This document shows, piece by piece, positions 41,757 through 54,720 of a stretch of 64,000 nucleotides of DNA. Numbering within the stretch: position 1 is the stretch's first letter; each line of letters opens with the position of its first letter. The translations under genes were made by a program, and so were the position numbers. The notes beneath the pieces are model-generated. The model was given only the letters and a program-made list of their open reading frames with translations. It searched no databases and had not been told where the DNA came from. The stretch is from Octopus vulgaris (lineage: Eukaryota), in contig OX597824.1 in the NCBI GenBank assembly GCA_951406725.2, positions 34,038,001-34,102,000 of the forward strand, read 5' to 3'.

Positions 41757-42495
41757 AATATTCTACAAATATCTTTTAGATAATGTACAGGGTGGTCCGA
41801 AAGCCTCGTCGCCACCTGTAAATATTGTTTTAATTTTCTATCATCAAGGAGAGAGTTTCACAAGAGCGATACCAGAATAAATAACAGTTGAAAGACGCTG
41901 TTTCAGCAGCCTTTGCAGCAATCACCAAAGCACTGCTTCATAAAATATCACACAGGACATAACGCCGCATCATTTTGTGCCTCGAAATGATGGTGTTCAT
42001 ACAGCTCTTCTCGATGTGTGACAGTGTCAGTATCAATGAAAGGGAACATACTAAAACCAGCACATGTGTTTGATATTATTATATTGTTCTTCTATTGTTC
42101 TTATTACTTTTCGGTAGAGGGTGGCAAAGACTTTAGGACCACCCGATAGATTGCGATTATGTCAGAATTTGATATGGAAAAGAGAAGAAAACAAAGTTGG
42201 TGCCCACGCACAGATACATACTGTCGCATATCGCGTATATATCCACAAAATGAAAGTTGAAAATTTGTAGACATATACGTGATATGTATCAGAATGCATG
42301 TGTGAGCTCCTAACTTTTTTTTTACATTAAATTTTAATACAGTCGTTGACTACACCATCTGAACGGTATTTGTAGAATATTCCATTAAAAATTCTCGATT
42401 TTTCTATAAGTTATGAAGAAACAAAGTCAGAGGGCACAGTTATGTAGATTTGCCATATATGTGCGTATTGTTAGCTCTTGGTTTTATCATATCTA

Positions 42496-42623
<128 letters not shown>

Positions 42624-42965
42624 CTACAAAATGAGAAAATGGAGAAACATACTTAAATCAATCAATCATCAACCATCAGATAATACCCAATCAATACTTT
42701 ATTACACCATTACATAACAGCAATGACATTATACATAATATATTGCAAATATAACTAGACATGGAAATAGAAATATAAAATACAATTACATCATATCTGA
42801 CAGCTGTTTTATATATTATGTTCTAAGATTTTGCTAAGAGACCAATAACCCAGTGTAGAACTCATTATATGTATGTTTCAGAACGAAGTTTTGGCTGAAT
42901 ATAGAGCAGTAATAAGAAAGAGAGATGACAAAGGAATTAATGATTATTTTATGAACTTGATTAGC

Positions 42966-43041
42966 TTACAGGTGTTTCTGCTATAAGACGCAGTGGACTC
43001 AACTACAAGTCCTCTACATCTTATAGCAGAAACAGCTGTAA
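42966..43041. repeat. Hairpin whose arms are hammerhead 3' halves
   Basis: TTACAGGTGTTTCTGCTATAAGA..TCTTATAGCAGAAACAGCTGTAA; GAAAC-AGCT-GTA on + and GAAAC-ACCT-GTA on minus. Confidence 0.7.
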
Positions 43042-43057
43042 CCTTATATATATATAG

Positions 43058-43392
43058 TGCTGCCTCGACTGGCTCCAGTGCCGGTGGCACATAAAAAAAG
43101 CACCCTCCGAACGTGGCCGTTGCCAGCGCCACCTTGGCTGGCTTCCGTGCCGGTGGCACGTTAAAAGCTCCAACCGATCATGGCCGATGCCGGACCCCCC
43201 TGGCACCTGTGCAGGTGGCACGTAAAAAGCACCCACTACACTCACGGAGTGGTTGGCGTTAGGAAGGGCATCCAGCCGTAGAAACTCTGCCAGATCAGAC
43301 TGGAGCCTGGTGCAGCCCCTGGCTTCCCAGACCCCCGTCGAACCGTCCAACCCGTGCTAGCGCGGAAAACGGACGTTAAACGATGATGATGA

Positions 43393-43395
<3 letters not shown>
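43058..43395 (+). mobile_element. RTE-tail SINE
   Basis: Same family as 12450-12858, with a (GAT)n tail. Confidence 0.78.
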
Positions 43396-43423
<28 letters not shown>

Positions 43424-43874
43424 ACTGAATAAGAGCTAACATTAATTCTTCCACAAAATAACACAGTTTGACAGAGTAAGAAAAAAACTACTATGTAGAA
43501 GGATTGCCTATACTTCCATAATATGCATAGTCACACCTATACACATTGAGATTCATGAAGCATATCTTTAAATTTAAAAAAAAAAAGTAATAAAACTGAC
43601 ATATCAGATTGGCAAAAATGGTTTCTTTTTTCACTGAATGTGCCTGATGATAAAACTTCTTCATTCAAAATCTCACTAGTAATTTCTCATTTTAAGTCCA
43701 GGGAAAACATAATAAAATTGGTAGATTTAAATGTCAGTCATTGTCCAAACCCGAAAAAAGTCATCAACATCAAATTCAATAAGTATGATTTCAAAGGAGC
43801 AGTTCTCCTTCTCTCTTTTCTCTCTACTCTTGCTCAGTATTATGCTAAGTTCTTTGATCACTTGAAAAGAAAAC

Positions 43875-44258
43875 AGGTGCAGGTATGGCTGAGTGGTAAG
43901 AAGCTTGCTTCCCAACCACATGGTTCTGGGTTCAGTCCCACTGTATGGGCACCCTGAGCAAGTGTCTTCTGCTATGGCTTCAGGCTGATCAAAACCTTGT
44001 GAGTGGATTCGGTAGATGAAAACTAAAAACAGCCCACCATATATTCGTGTGTACCTTTGCATCTGTTTTTGCTTTCCACCACCACTCAACATCCGGTGAT
44101 GATGTATTTATGTCCCCATAACTTAGGGGTTCAACTAAGGAAACCAATAGAACGAGTACCAGGCTTAAAAAATTAAGTTCTGGTGTCAAATTGTTTGACT
44201 AAAATTCTTCAAGGCAGTAACCCAGCATGGCTGCAGTCTCATGACGGAGACAAGTAAG
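43875..44258 (+). mobile_element. SINE family A copy
   Basis: Full head-to-tail similarity to 1705-2143. Confidence 0.8.
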
Positions 44259-46539
44259 CAGTTCATCTTCCCTCGTGATAATTGTTTGTAATGACCCAAG
44301 AGACTAGATTACTGAAAAGCAGTCTTTACACAGTTAATGTATAAACATGATCATGTCCTTTCCTATGTGGTCTGATCCAGAAATTGGTGGTTTTTGCCCT
44401 CAACATCTTAAACATAGTATTTCCCTATAAGCCAGTTATGCCAAAATCAAGCTTTTGGAACTCTCAAACAGTTCTTCAACAAACTTTCTTTACAGAGTAA
44501 GTTTTTTACATGCACCCTCCATTATGTGGTGTTGAGCTATTTGCTTTCCCTAATAATATCTAGTAGTTAGGTGTACTTTGAAGACCCTCACGCCAAAAGT
44601 CTGTCTTTATTTTTTCTGCTGCTTCTCTGAAATTCATATGTATTCAGCTTGGGGTTGGCACTAAAGTAGGGTTTGAAGTAGCTTTTTACATTGCATAAGT
44701 ATCCGAGACCCTCATAGTAATTCTCAAACTCATTTTAAAGATTGCCTTCAATTCAAGCATCAGCTGTCATGTCAGTCTTAGCTCAATGAATGAGAGGGCT
44801 CCAAAGCTCTCCCACTTTGTTTAGCTGGCTTATCAGGAGCCCTTATATCTGTAACAGCATGTATTATAATAATTGTTGTAGCCAGCAGTTACCAATTGTA
44901 ATGGATGTTGATGTTGCAGATGTGCAAGATGAAAGAAGAACAGTGATCGAAGTTGTAAGCCAATATTTATTACTGTAACTGTGTATACAGCCAAACCATG
45001 ACAGGCTGGTATGTATAATATAAGTCATAAAGTATGTGAGGTAAAGAGAGATATCATAGGTTTCCCTTGTATAGTTTGTTTGTGTCATTCTAGCAGCAAG
45101 GACAAAGATAGATAGAGTGATGTTGTAGAGAAAAGAAAGCGAGCTAGAGAAAGTGACAGTGATGAGACAAAACAACTGCTTTGTTGGTGAGTTACCATAG
45201 TTGTCCCTCTGTGCCTTTTCATTCAGAGACAGCATTTTGTTCAGCTGGTCAGCCAGCTTCCCCATTAGTCAGTTTTCAATAACTTATTTCTTTATTTGTC
45301 AATGAATGGCATACAGAGAGGGGACAATACAAAACATTTAGGTTGGGTAGTTATGACTCAATGGAAATTGGAAAAATGAAATCGAGAATCATATAAAAAG
45401 AAACCGGAAATGTGTGTGTGCTTGTACATGTCTTGTGTGTGTGTGTGATTAAAGAGTAAAGTTTTCATCTATTCATTCATGCCAATGTTTTAAATATTTA
45501 AAGTTATTTAAGAAAGGTTATGTAAAAAAGTAAACTAGCACTTAAATTATCTATTAGCATAAAGCTTCAATCCATTTAAAAAGATTATAACCTGGTAGAA
45601 TTGTTCATGCTTTCAATCACCACCAGGACGATAAAAGGATCAATTAGTTCAGTTTTCTCACTACTTTCCCCAACTTTGAAACAGGTAAGAAGAGTATTAT
45701 CATTTTCAGAAAAAAGAATCCAAAGCTTAAGCTGAAAATCAAAACCGAAGTGAGCAGCAAGGAATGTCATTGTTATTTTGATTGAAAGTATGAATAGTCT
45801 AAGTGAATGACGAGATGACCCATTCTGAACAAATTTTCTATTTCCCATGTCTGTCTGTTAGTCAGTATAAGAACACATTTTCTCAGCTTTGAAGTGATAT
45901 TGAAAACGAATATCACTTTCAAGTGATATTCAAAATGAAAATTAATTGTATAGCTGTTACAAGTGAAGGTGTAATTAAGCCAATGATATAAAAAAAAAAG
46001 CCCCCAGCATTTGTTGCTGTTATGTTTGATGAGACTATGGTCCTCCGAATGAAATCTTAACTTTCACATGTTTTGTGATTTGTTGATGAGAAGAAAGGTT
46101 TAGGGGATAAGTCAATGTCAGTATAGACAGAAAAGCTGCATCTCTGAAAGATGTTGTACATTGTTATACCCATTCACTTAATTTGGTACTCTATCAATCA
46201 GCTTCAAGAGTTCATGAATGTTGAATTTTCTTCCAAACTTTAAATAGAATTTTGACTTATTTCTCAAAGTTGAAGGGTTGAATAGCCCCTGCTGGATGAA
46301 AGTGATTTCCAAAGTTATATGCATATTTCTCATGTCCTATTGACTACTTCAAAACGATGCATCGTAGGTGGGGAAACTATTTTCATTTTCAGACTCCCCA
46401 TATCTCAAAGCATATATAATACTACATTTTCACGGAGAACGAGGAAGGTAGAACACTCAGAACCCCCACCCCCAATCTCAGTGGGGGATGGGGGTAAACT
46501 GCATAAACTAGTTTCCTAATCACCCTTCACCACTGATAT

Positions 46540-47249
46540 ATATATATGTACATATAGGTACAGGACATCAAAAAAACGGTGAACACAATGAGAAACAAAA
46601 ACATAGAAAACTAACTTTTTTCGAACAACGAAAAAACAGAGAAACGAGACATTCAACATAAAGAATATTCCCCTTCATCAGTTGTCCCTGTTTCATCTAC
46701 TCCACATTTCGACGGCAAGGACAATACGCGACTTCATTGAAACAGTCCTTTCCACAAAGCAAAGTAAATAAAATTTGGGATTTTTTGCAGAGGGTGAAAG
46801 TGGTGACAAGAACAGAACAGTGAGAACAAGACAGTAAAAACAAACCATGAGGGCTGTTAAGCCAAGACGATAAAAAAATTATTATGAACGCTAGGACGAG
46901 GAGCTTATGAGAGGAGACAGGTATAAGCACGTCTTGTCATTAGGAAAGAAATGGGCAGAAAGATAGATTCTCTTTCGTCACATGTCAGCAACGAGAGAGT
47001 CAAGGAGGAAGAGTGAGACAGAGGGAATGGTGAAGAGGAGAGGAGAAGAATAGGGAAGGGTGGGAGAGAAAACCAGACAGGATGAAGGACAAGAGAGGGA
47101 GAGAGATAGACAGAGAAGAGATAGAAGAGTGCGCATCGTAATTATTAAGATAGAACTTGGAAAAGGGTATGAGGCATTCGATAATATGATAATATAAATA
47201 ATATATAAATATATGCATATATACATAGATATATGTACATACCTACATA

Positions 47250-47289
<40 letters not shown>

Positions 47290-47757
47290 TATGGGTACAG
47301 GACATCAAAAAAAAAACGTTGAACACAATGAGAAATGAAAACATAGAAACAAAAACATAGAAAACTAACTTTTTTCAAACAACGTAAAAACAGAGAAACG
47401 AGACATGCAGCATAAACAATATTCTCCTTCATCAGTTGTCCCTGTTTCAAGTACTCCGTGTTTCGAAGGCAAGGACAATATGAAAGCGTTAACAAGAACA
47501 GGACAGTGAGAACAAGACAGTAAAAACAAATAGTGAGGGATGTTAAGCCAAGACGAAAGTAAAATTATTATGAACGCTAGGAGGATGAGCTTATGAGAGG
47601 AAGCAGGTATAAGCACGTGTTGTCTTTAGGAAGGAAATGGGCAGAAAGATAGATTCCCTTTCATCACGTGTCAGTGACGAGAGAGTCAAGGAGGAAGAGT
47701 GAGAGTGTTTTTCGTTTCTCATTGTGTTCAACATTTTTTTGATGTTCTGTACCCATA

Positions 47758-47808
<51 letters not shown>

Positions 47809-47906
47809 GTATATGTAGGTATGTACATATATGTATGTATATATGCATATATTTATATATTATTTATATTATTATATGATCGAACGCCATGCATCCTTTT
47901 CCAAGT
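46540..47906. mobile_element. Tandem (~737-bp period) plus inverted-copy element, PLE pLTR-like architecture
   Basis: CAGGACATCAAAA at 46561 and 47298. 47707-47906 is the inverse of ~47155-47345. Confidence 0.75.
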
Positions 47907-48667
47907 AAATTTTATATTTATATATCTATATATATGTATATGTATATATGTGTGTGTGTAAATGTATATGTGTGTATGTGTGTATATCTGTATATATATA
48001 TATATGTATATGAGTATGTATTTGTATATGCGTATGTATGTGCACATATACTTTCTCCACATAAAAATAATTAACGTACACACCCTTCATTTCTGCTTTA
48101 TTTGATTGTTTCCTGAGAATACTTTCTCAGAGATCCACAATTATTTCTCACTGACAAGAACAAGTCAGAATGGGTATGAAATTCAAAAATTCTTTTCAGA
48201 GAAAAATGTTTTCATCTATAGTTATGAAATACAAACAGATATTCAGAATTTAGTGATGCCTACATGAGATCCTAAGTTTGTGTTTTTTTCACAAGCAGTG
48301 AATTTTGTCTTTAATTCACCTCAGCCAAACAAAAAACACATTATATCATGTTGTATGGAGCCCACCAACCCTGATCACCACCCATGAAATTACATAGAAA
48401 AAAAAGAAGGTGCACCCCAGTAACTGTAAATGCTAAAGAAACAAGGTAGGTGGTTTGATAATACAATGTGTAGATCAGAATTAATGTACTGAAAGAGGTT
48501 TAGGAATGTCTTCTATTGATAATGAAAAATGACATTGCATAAAACATGATGTATTATAAAAAGTGTTCGATTATAAAGTAATAAAATGAGTTGTGACAAT
48601 TTCCAAAAGAGATCAGTGACATGTTGAATATGTAATATCTAATGTAGTGAAGATATGTGCAAAAAAT

Positions 48668-49050
48668 AAGTAGGTATGACTGTGTGGTAAAAGGCTTGCT
48701 TCCCAACCATTTGGTTTCAGATTCAGTGCCACTGCATGGCACCTTGGACAAGTGTCTTCTGCTATAGCCTCAGGCCAACCAAAGCCTTGTAAGTGGATTT
48801 GATAATATATATACATACATACATATGACCGTACGTGTGTGTCTGTGTCTGTGTTTGTCCCCCACCACCATTTGACAATGTTGGTGTATTTACATCCCTG
48901 TAATTTGGCAATTTGGCAAAAGAGGCCAATAGAATAAGTATCAGGTTTAAATAAGAAAACTAGGTACTGCGGTCGATTAGTTTGAATAAAATTTCTTAAA
49001 GGTGGTGCCTCAACATGACCATAGTTTAATGACTGAAACAAATAAAAGAT
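48668..49050 (+). mobile_element. SINE family A copy
   Basis: Similar to 1705-2143. Confidence 0.78.
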
Positions 49051-50104
49051 TTTTAAAAATGATAGAAAATCAAAGGACTTGATGTCTTAAAATAGGAGAA
49101 AACTCATGTTATAAATTGCTCATCAGATTGAATGACAAAATTTATTTCACTGTTGACTTCATAATTCCCACCTTTTTCTTGTTCTTATTATTATAATTAG
49201 GGCAATGAGCTGGCAGAATTGTTAGCATACTTGGCAAAATGCTAAGTGGCACTTTGTCCATCTTTATGTTCTAAGTTTAAATTCTACCAAGACTGACTTG
49301 ACTTTGCCTTTCAATAAAATAAGTACCAGTTGCCCCGCTTCTATAATTATGGCCATGTGCCAAAATCTGACATCATTATTATTATTATCATTCCCGACAA
49401 GGTCAAGTTTGCCTTTCATCCTTTTGGGGTCAATAAATTAAGTACCAGCGAAATACTGGAGTCAATGTAATTGACTATTCCCTTCCCCAAATTTCCGGCC
49501 TTGTGCCTTTAGCAGAGAGGATTATTATTATTATTATTGTTTTTCTCAGGCCCAAAGACTGGTAAGGCTGGAAACTTGATTTCCATGGTGTATATGTAAC
49601 CCAGATCACAACATTTCCCCAAAAAGACTTTGCCTGTCATCCTTTCAGTGTCAATGAAACAAGTACCAGTTACACACTGGGGTCGATGTAATCAACTTAA
49701 TCCCTTTGTCTCTCCTTGTTTGTCTCCTCTATGTTTAGCTCCTTGTGGGCAATAGAAAACAAAATGTATGTATGTATATATGTATGTATGCATCTGTGTA
49801 TGTATATGTTTATGCTAATATCTTTGACACCACTTGTAAAATGATACTCTTTTGGTTAGCAGTTCAACAAAAGTAAATACCAGACTTAAAGATATAAGTA
49901 CTAAGATTGTAAGTTTTGACTAAAACCCAGCAAGGCAATGCTGCAGTATTGCTGCAGTCCATTGCCTGAAATAAATAAAAGAGTTTAAAGGGACTAAGTC
50001 ATAGGCACAATGGCTGACATAATTTTTACAGCAAATGTTACCTGAAGAATATTTCCCCCAGAAAAGTATTGAATTTTTGGAAAATTATTTTTTATTTACA
50101 TGCT

Positions 50105-50308
50105 CTTTTACTCTTTTACTTGTTTCAGTCAGTTGACTGCGGCCATGCTGGAGCACCACCTTTAATCGAGAAACTCGAGAGCGGCACTTATTCTTTGTAA
50201 GCCTAGTACTTATTCTATCGGTCTCTCTTGGTGAACCACTAAGTGACGGGGACATAAACACACCAGCATCGGTGGTGTGTTTAAGGGGACAAACAGACAC
50301 ACAAACAT

Positions 50309-50372
<64 letters not shown>

Positions 50373-50536
50373 GACGGGCTTCTTTCAGTTTCCGTCTACC
50401 AAATCCACTCACAAGGCTTTGGTCGGCCCGAGGCTATAGTAGAAGACACTTGCCCAAGGTGCCATGCAGTGGGACTGAACCCGGAACCATGTGGTTCGTA
50501 AGCAAGCTACTTACCACATAGCCACTCCTATGCCTG
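50105..50536 (-). mobile_element. SINE family A, well-preserved copy
   Basis: Reverse complement of family A. Further minus copies at ~51255-51657 and ~51890-52060. Confidence 0.85.
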
Positions 50537-50822
50537 TATTTAAAAAAGGATTGCTGCAGTTGTGATAGTTAAAGGTGAAAGTTGTGAGCTGGCAGAATTG
50601 TTAGCAAGTAGGACAAACTGCTAAGCAGCATTTTTTCAGGCTCTTTTTGTTCTGAGTTCAAATCTTGTCAAAGTTAACTTTGCCCTTCATTCTTTTGGAG
50701 TTGATATAATAAAATACCAGTCAATTACTGGGATCAATGTTATTGACATTTGCCTTTTCAAAATTGTTGGTCTATTGTAGGATCCAAGACCAACAATTTT
50801 GAAAGGGCAAATGTCAATAACA

Positions 50823-51215
50823 ATTCATGTAAGAGTCTGACGGTCCCTGTCTGAAAGCTTTGGTTTTCTTCATGAGTTTTGTATCGATGAGGAGGTTTTC
50901 CCTCTTTCTCAAAGGCTGTCATTACTTTTGAGACAGTACTTCTTGATAAACCAAACATTTCAGCTGTTTTCATTATGCTAGTGCCTGCCATACGAGCACT
51001 AACAATTTGACACCTTTGTCCGATAAATCTGTCATTTTAATGAATTTTAATTACCTTTTTCTGATGATATCTGAAAAGAAACTGCAATTTTAACAAAATA
51101 TATTAAGCAACACTAATAATAATCAAAAAACATAAAAATAAACAAGCTTTTGACAGTTTTATAGATATTTCAAAATTATGATACTAGGTGTTTCTATTAT
51201 TTTGTCCAACCCCTG
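50823..51215 (-). mobile_element. Tc1-like transposon 5' fragment
   Basis: TIR-like CAGGGGTTGGACAAAATAATAGAAACA and an HTH-like segment GTSIMKTAEMFGLSRSTVSKVMTAFEKEGK. Confidence 0.75.
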
Positions 51216-51462
51216 TGTATATATATATATATATATATATACTCTTTTTTTTTTAATCTTTTACTTCTTTCAGTCATTTAATTGTGGCCCTGCTAGAGCA
51301 CCGCCTTTAATTGGACAAATCGACCTCAGGACTTATTCTTTGTAAGCCTAGTACTTATTCTATTGGCCTCTTTTGCTGAACTGGTAAGTTACAGGGATGT
51401 AGACACACCAGCATCGGTTGTCAAGCAATGTTAGGGGGAGAAACACAGACACACAAACATAT

Positions 51463-51507
<45 letters not shown>

Positions 51508-51655
51508 CATATATATATGTATGTATATATACAATGGGCTTCTTTCAGTTTCTGTCTACCAAATCCACTCACAAGGCTTTGGTCGGCCCGAGGGACTGAA
51601 CCTGGAACCATGTAGTTCGTAAGCAAGCTACTTACCACACAGCCACTCCTATGCC

Positions 51656-51745
<90 letters not shown>

Positions 51746-54022
51746 CACACACATATACATACATATATACTTGTATACATCTATATACATATATAAATAT
51801 ACATCTATATATAATATACATATATATACACACACATACATATATACAATATATAGATATACATATATACATACATATATATAAACATATACGATAGGCT
51901 TCTCTCAGTTTCCATCAATCAAATCTACTCACAAGACTTTAGTTGACCCAAGGCTATAGTAGAAAACACTTACCCAATGTGCCATGCAGTTGGACTGAAC
52001 TGAGATCCATGTGGTTCGGAGACTATTGCAGAAGACACTTGCCCAAGATGCCATACCATGGGACGAAACATGCAAACCAAACGGTTTCACAGTGACCTGC
52101 TTAACTTTGCAGCATTCCTTAATATTTCACATTTTATTAAATATTTGAAAAGTAAATTATATAACACTGCAGCCCTTTCAGAATTAAATCAAAGCCTATA
52201 TTTTTTGAAGTATCATCATAAGAATAGAAAGTAAGTCAATATTTAGGTCAGGAGAAAGAAGCGGGAAATAACCGATTTTAAAAGAGTTGGGAAAAGTATA
52301 AGCAATGCATACTAGATTATGTAACAGCACTTTGTAAATTCAAATCATTGAATAATGTTGATGATGATGGATGATTGAATGAATAAAAATACCGTGTGTG
52401 CCGGCATATTTTAATGAAATTAGAGCTTTTAAAATTAGTACATAAATGTAAATATTGACAAGTTCATTCTTAAAGGTTGTCATCTTGCTTCAGCTATGCA
52501 ATCTATCACATACTTTCTAATGAAAAGTAAACTACTTCAGAGCTGGATATAATCTCATTCAGGTTCAAAATGTTATAGGTGTACCACACTTCTTTAAAAA
52601 TACGTCCACTGACCTACTGCTGTACGCTATGATATTTTAATGAGCCAATCCTATTTGTATTTCTGGTATGCCAGTATATCTACTTTCAAACCTGTTTCAT
52701 GAAACAACTCACACATTCAGAAAGGTGGTTATTAAAAGAAAAGAAAACAGTTGGTGTCAGAAGATAAGAAGTATTAACTACAATAATTTACTAACATTTT
52801 TCTCTGATTAGACGATTTCACCTATGATTATGGCAGATGTATAATTGTTATTCAGGTGATATGGATGGCTACAAGAGTACCACAATAAAATAACATAAGC
52901 ACTTTTTATGAGTGCTGGTGTAACAATAAAACAGCTTTAGTTTTTTTTTGTTTTGTTTTTTTTTCATTAATGGTAGCCCTAACATGCTCCTGGTTTCACA
53001 CTATCAGTTGGCCATTGAGTGCCCTTAACAAAATTCCTCTGTTGATAGTATTCTTACCAAGCTCCAGTTTTGATGATAATGTAGTCACTTGGTACCCTCC
53101 GGACAGTTTCAATAACAATTCATCAAACCCATAAAGTATTTTTTTTGATTTCCTCCAATACAACTCTTAAAAAAAGATAAAAGACTCAACATCAATAAGA
53201 GTTATTTAACTGCCACAAAGCCATTGACATTTTCCCCCTTTTATACAGGATATATTCGACTGTGAAAGTATTTCTCATTGCTATAAAAGCACATATAGTC
53301 AAAATATTTTCTATTGTATTGAATAAATTCTTGATCTACACTCAACATATTTATCAGCTGATGATTCATACATGCATTACCAATACTCTTAAATTAATCA
53401 GAACATACAGGATGCTCTTTCAAAGGATGCAGTCAATCTTCAGCCAATCAAGGCATTATTAACAATGATATACTGTGACAGTAGAGAACATGATATCTAA
53501 ATACATATCAATGTGAAAGATAATTTATTTTATCTTTATTTTTTTTTCTTGACCAATCATGTGAAGTACTTTAATTCATTATTTTCTCAATTTTATTTGT
53601 TTAACAAATGATTACAAGAGTTATAACTGAAAAAAACTTGTCAGTCTGCCTCATGGAAATGAAAAAGGTATTGCCCTGAAGGATGGCAAGGGAGCCATAC
53701 TGAAACAGCCTCTCCAACTCATGGGACATGCACTTGTGGAAAGCTATCTCTGCCCCAATAGGAATGAGCAGGAACATAGTGCAGACCCAAGAATGCTGGA
53801 GGTCTCTACTGCCACAGGCTCGACCACAAATCAGTCAGAGAGTGACCAATGCTTTGACAATTTTCCCTTCTCAGCTGGACAAGCACTGAAGCCTGGGCTG
53901 GCAACCAAACACATCAGATTGCTGCCAGAGAAGGTGTCACAGTATGTGGTATTCCAGTCTATGAACATGGAACAGAAAAACTGGCATGCCATCTGGCCTT
54001 TTACCATCCCCTCTGTCAAGCC

Positions 54023-54059
<37 letters not shown>

Positions 54060-54066
54060 AATATAT

Positions 54067-54113
<47 letters not shown>

Positions 54114-54720
54114 AAAAATGAGTAGAGATCACTTTTTGCGAGGAATAATTTTTATTTTAATCTTAATAATAATGTTTACAGTGAGTGTTTGATAGTAATT
54201 CTACATTCCTAGATGAGTCTGATATAAACCTTCAGAAATTTACCAGGTACATTCGAGTAGAATTAAAATTGTCCCCCTAAAAAAGCCATGTCTACTTGTT
54301 TTTTCAAATATATATAATACTGTACCAAGAACTTTTTTTATTATTCTACTATATATATATGTATATATGTATGTGTGTATGTATGTATGTATGTATGTAT
54401 GTATGTATGTATGTATGTATGTGTGTATGTATGTATGTACACATGCATAGGGTGACAGTCTGGCAGAATCGTTAGCACACTGGGCGAAATGCTTAGCAGT
54501 ATTTCGGCTGCCGTTACATTCTGAGTTGAAATTCTGCCAAGGTCGACTTTTCATTTCATCCTTCGGGGGTTGATTAAATAAGGACCAATTAAGTACTGAG
54601 ATCGATGTAATCGATTTAATCCCTTTATCTGTCTTTGTTTGTCCCATCTATGTCTAGCCCCCTATGAGCAATAAAGAAATAAATATATATATGCATATAT
54701 CCAACATATCTATCAATCTA

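Larger units (their letters stand above)
41476..42440. mobile_element. MITE-like element with nested insertions
   Basis: Inverted ends TTTGTTTCCTCATAACTT..AATATTCTACAAATA / TATTTGTAGAATATT..AAGTTATGAAGAAACAAA. Inner Tc1-like TIR pair CAGGGTGGTCCGAAAG (~41788) / CTTTAGGACCACCCG (~42145). Confidence 0.6.

Noticed and set aside
53670-53715. CTGAAGG-ATGGC..GCCAT-ACT-GAAAC hammerhead-like motif
   Set aside because: A9 is altered, there are extra bases before GAAA, and stems I and III do not close.
54200-54250. CTAGATGAGTCTGA..TCAGAAATT as a hammerhead (also inverted at ~58810-58850)
   Set aside because: The core has an insertion, GAAA overlaps stem II and stem I does not form.
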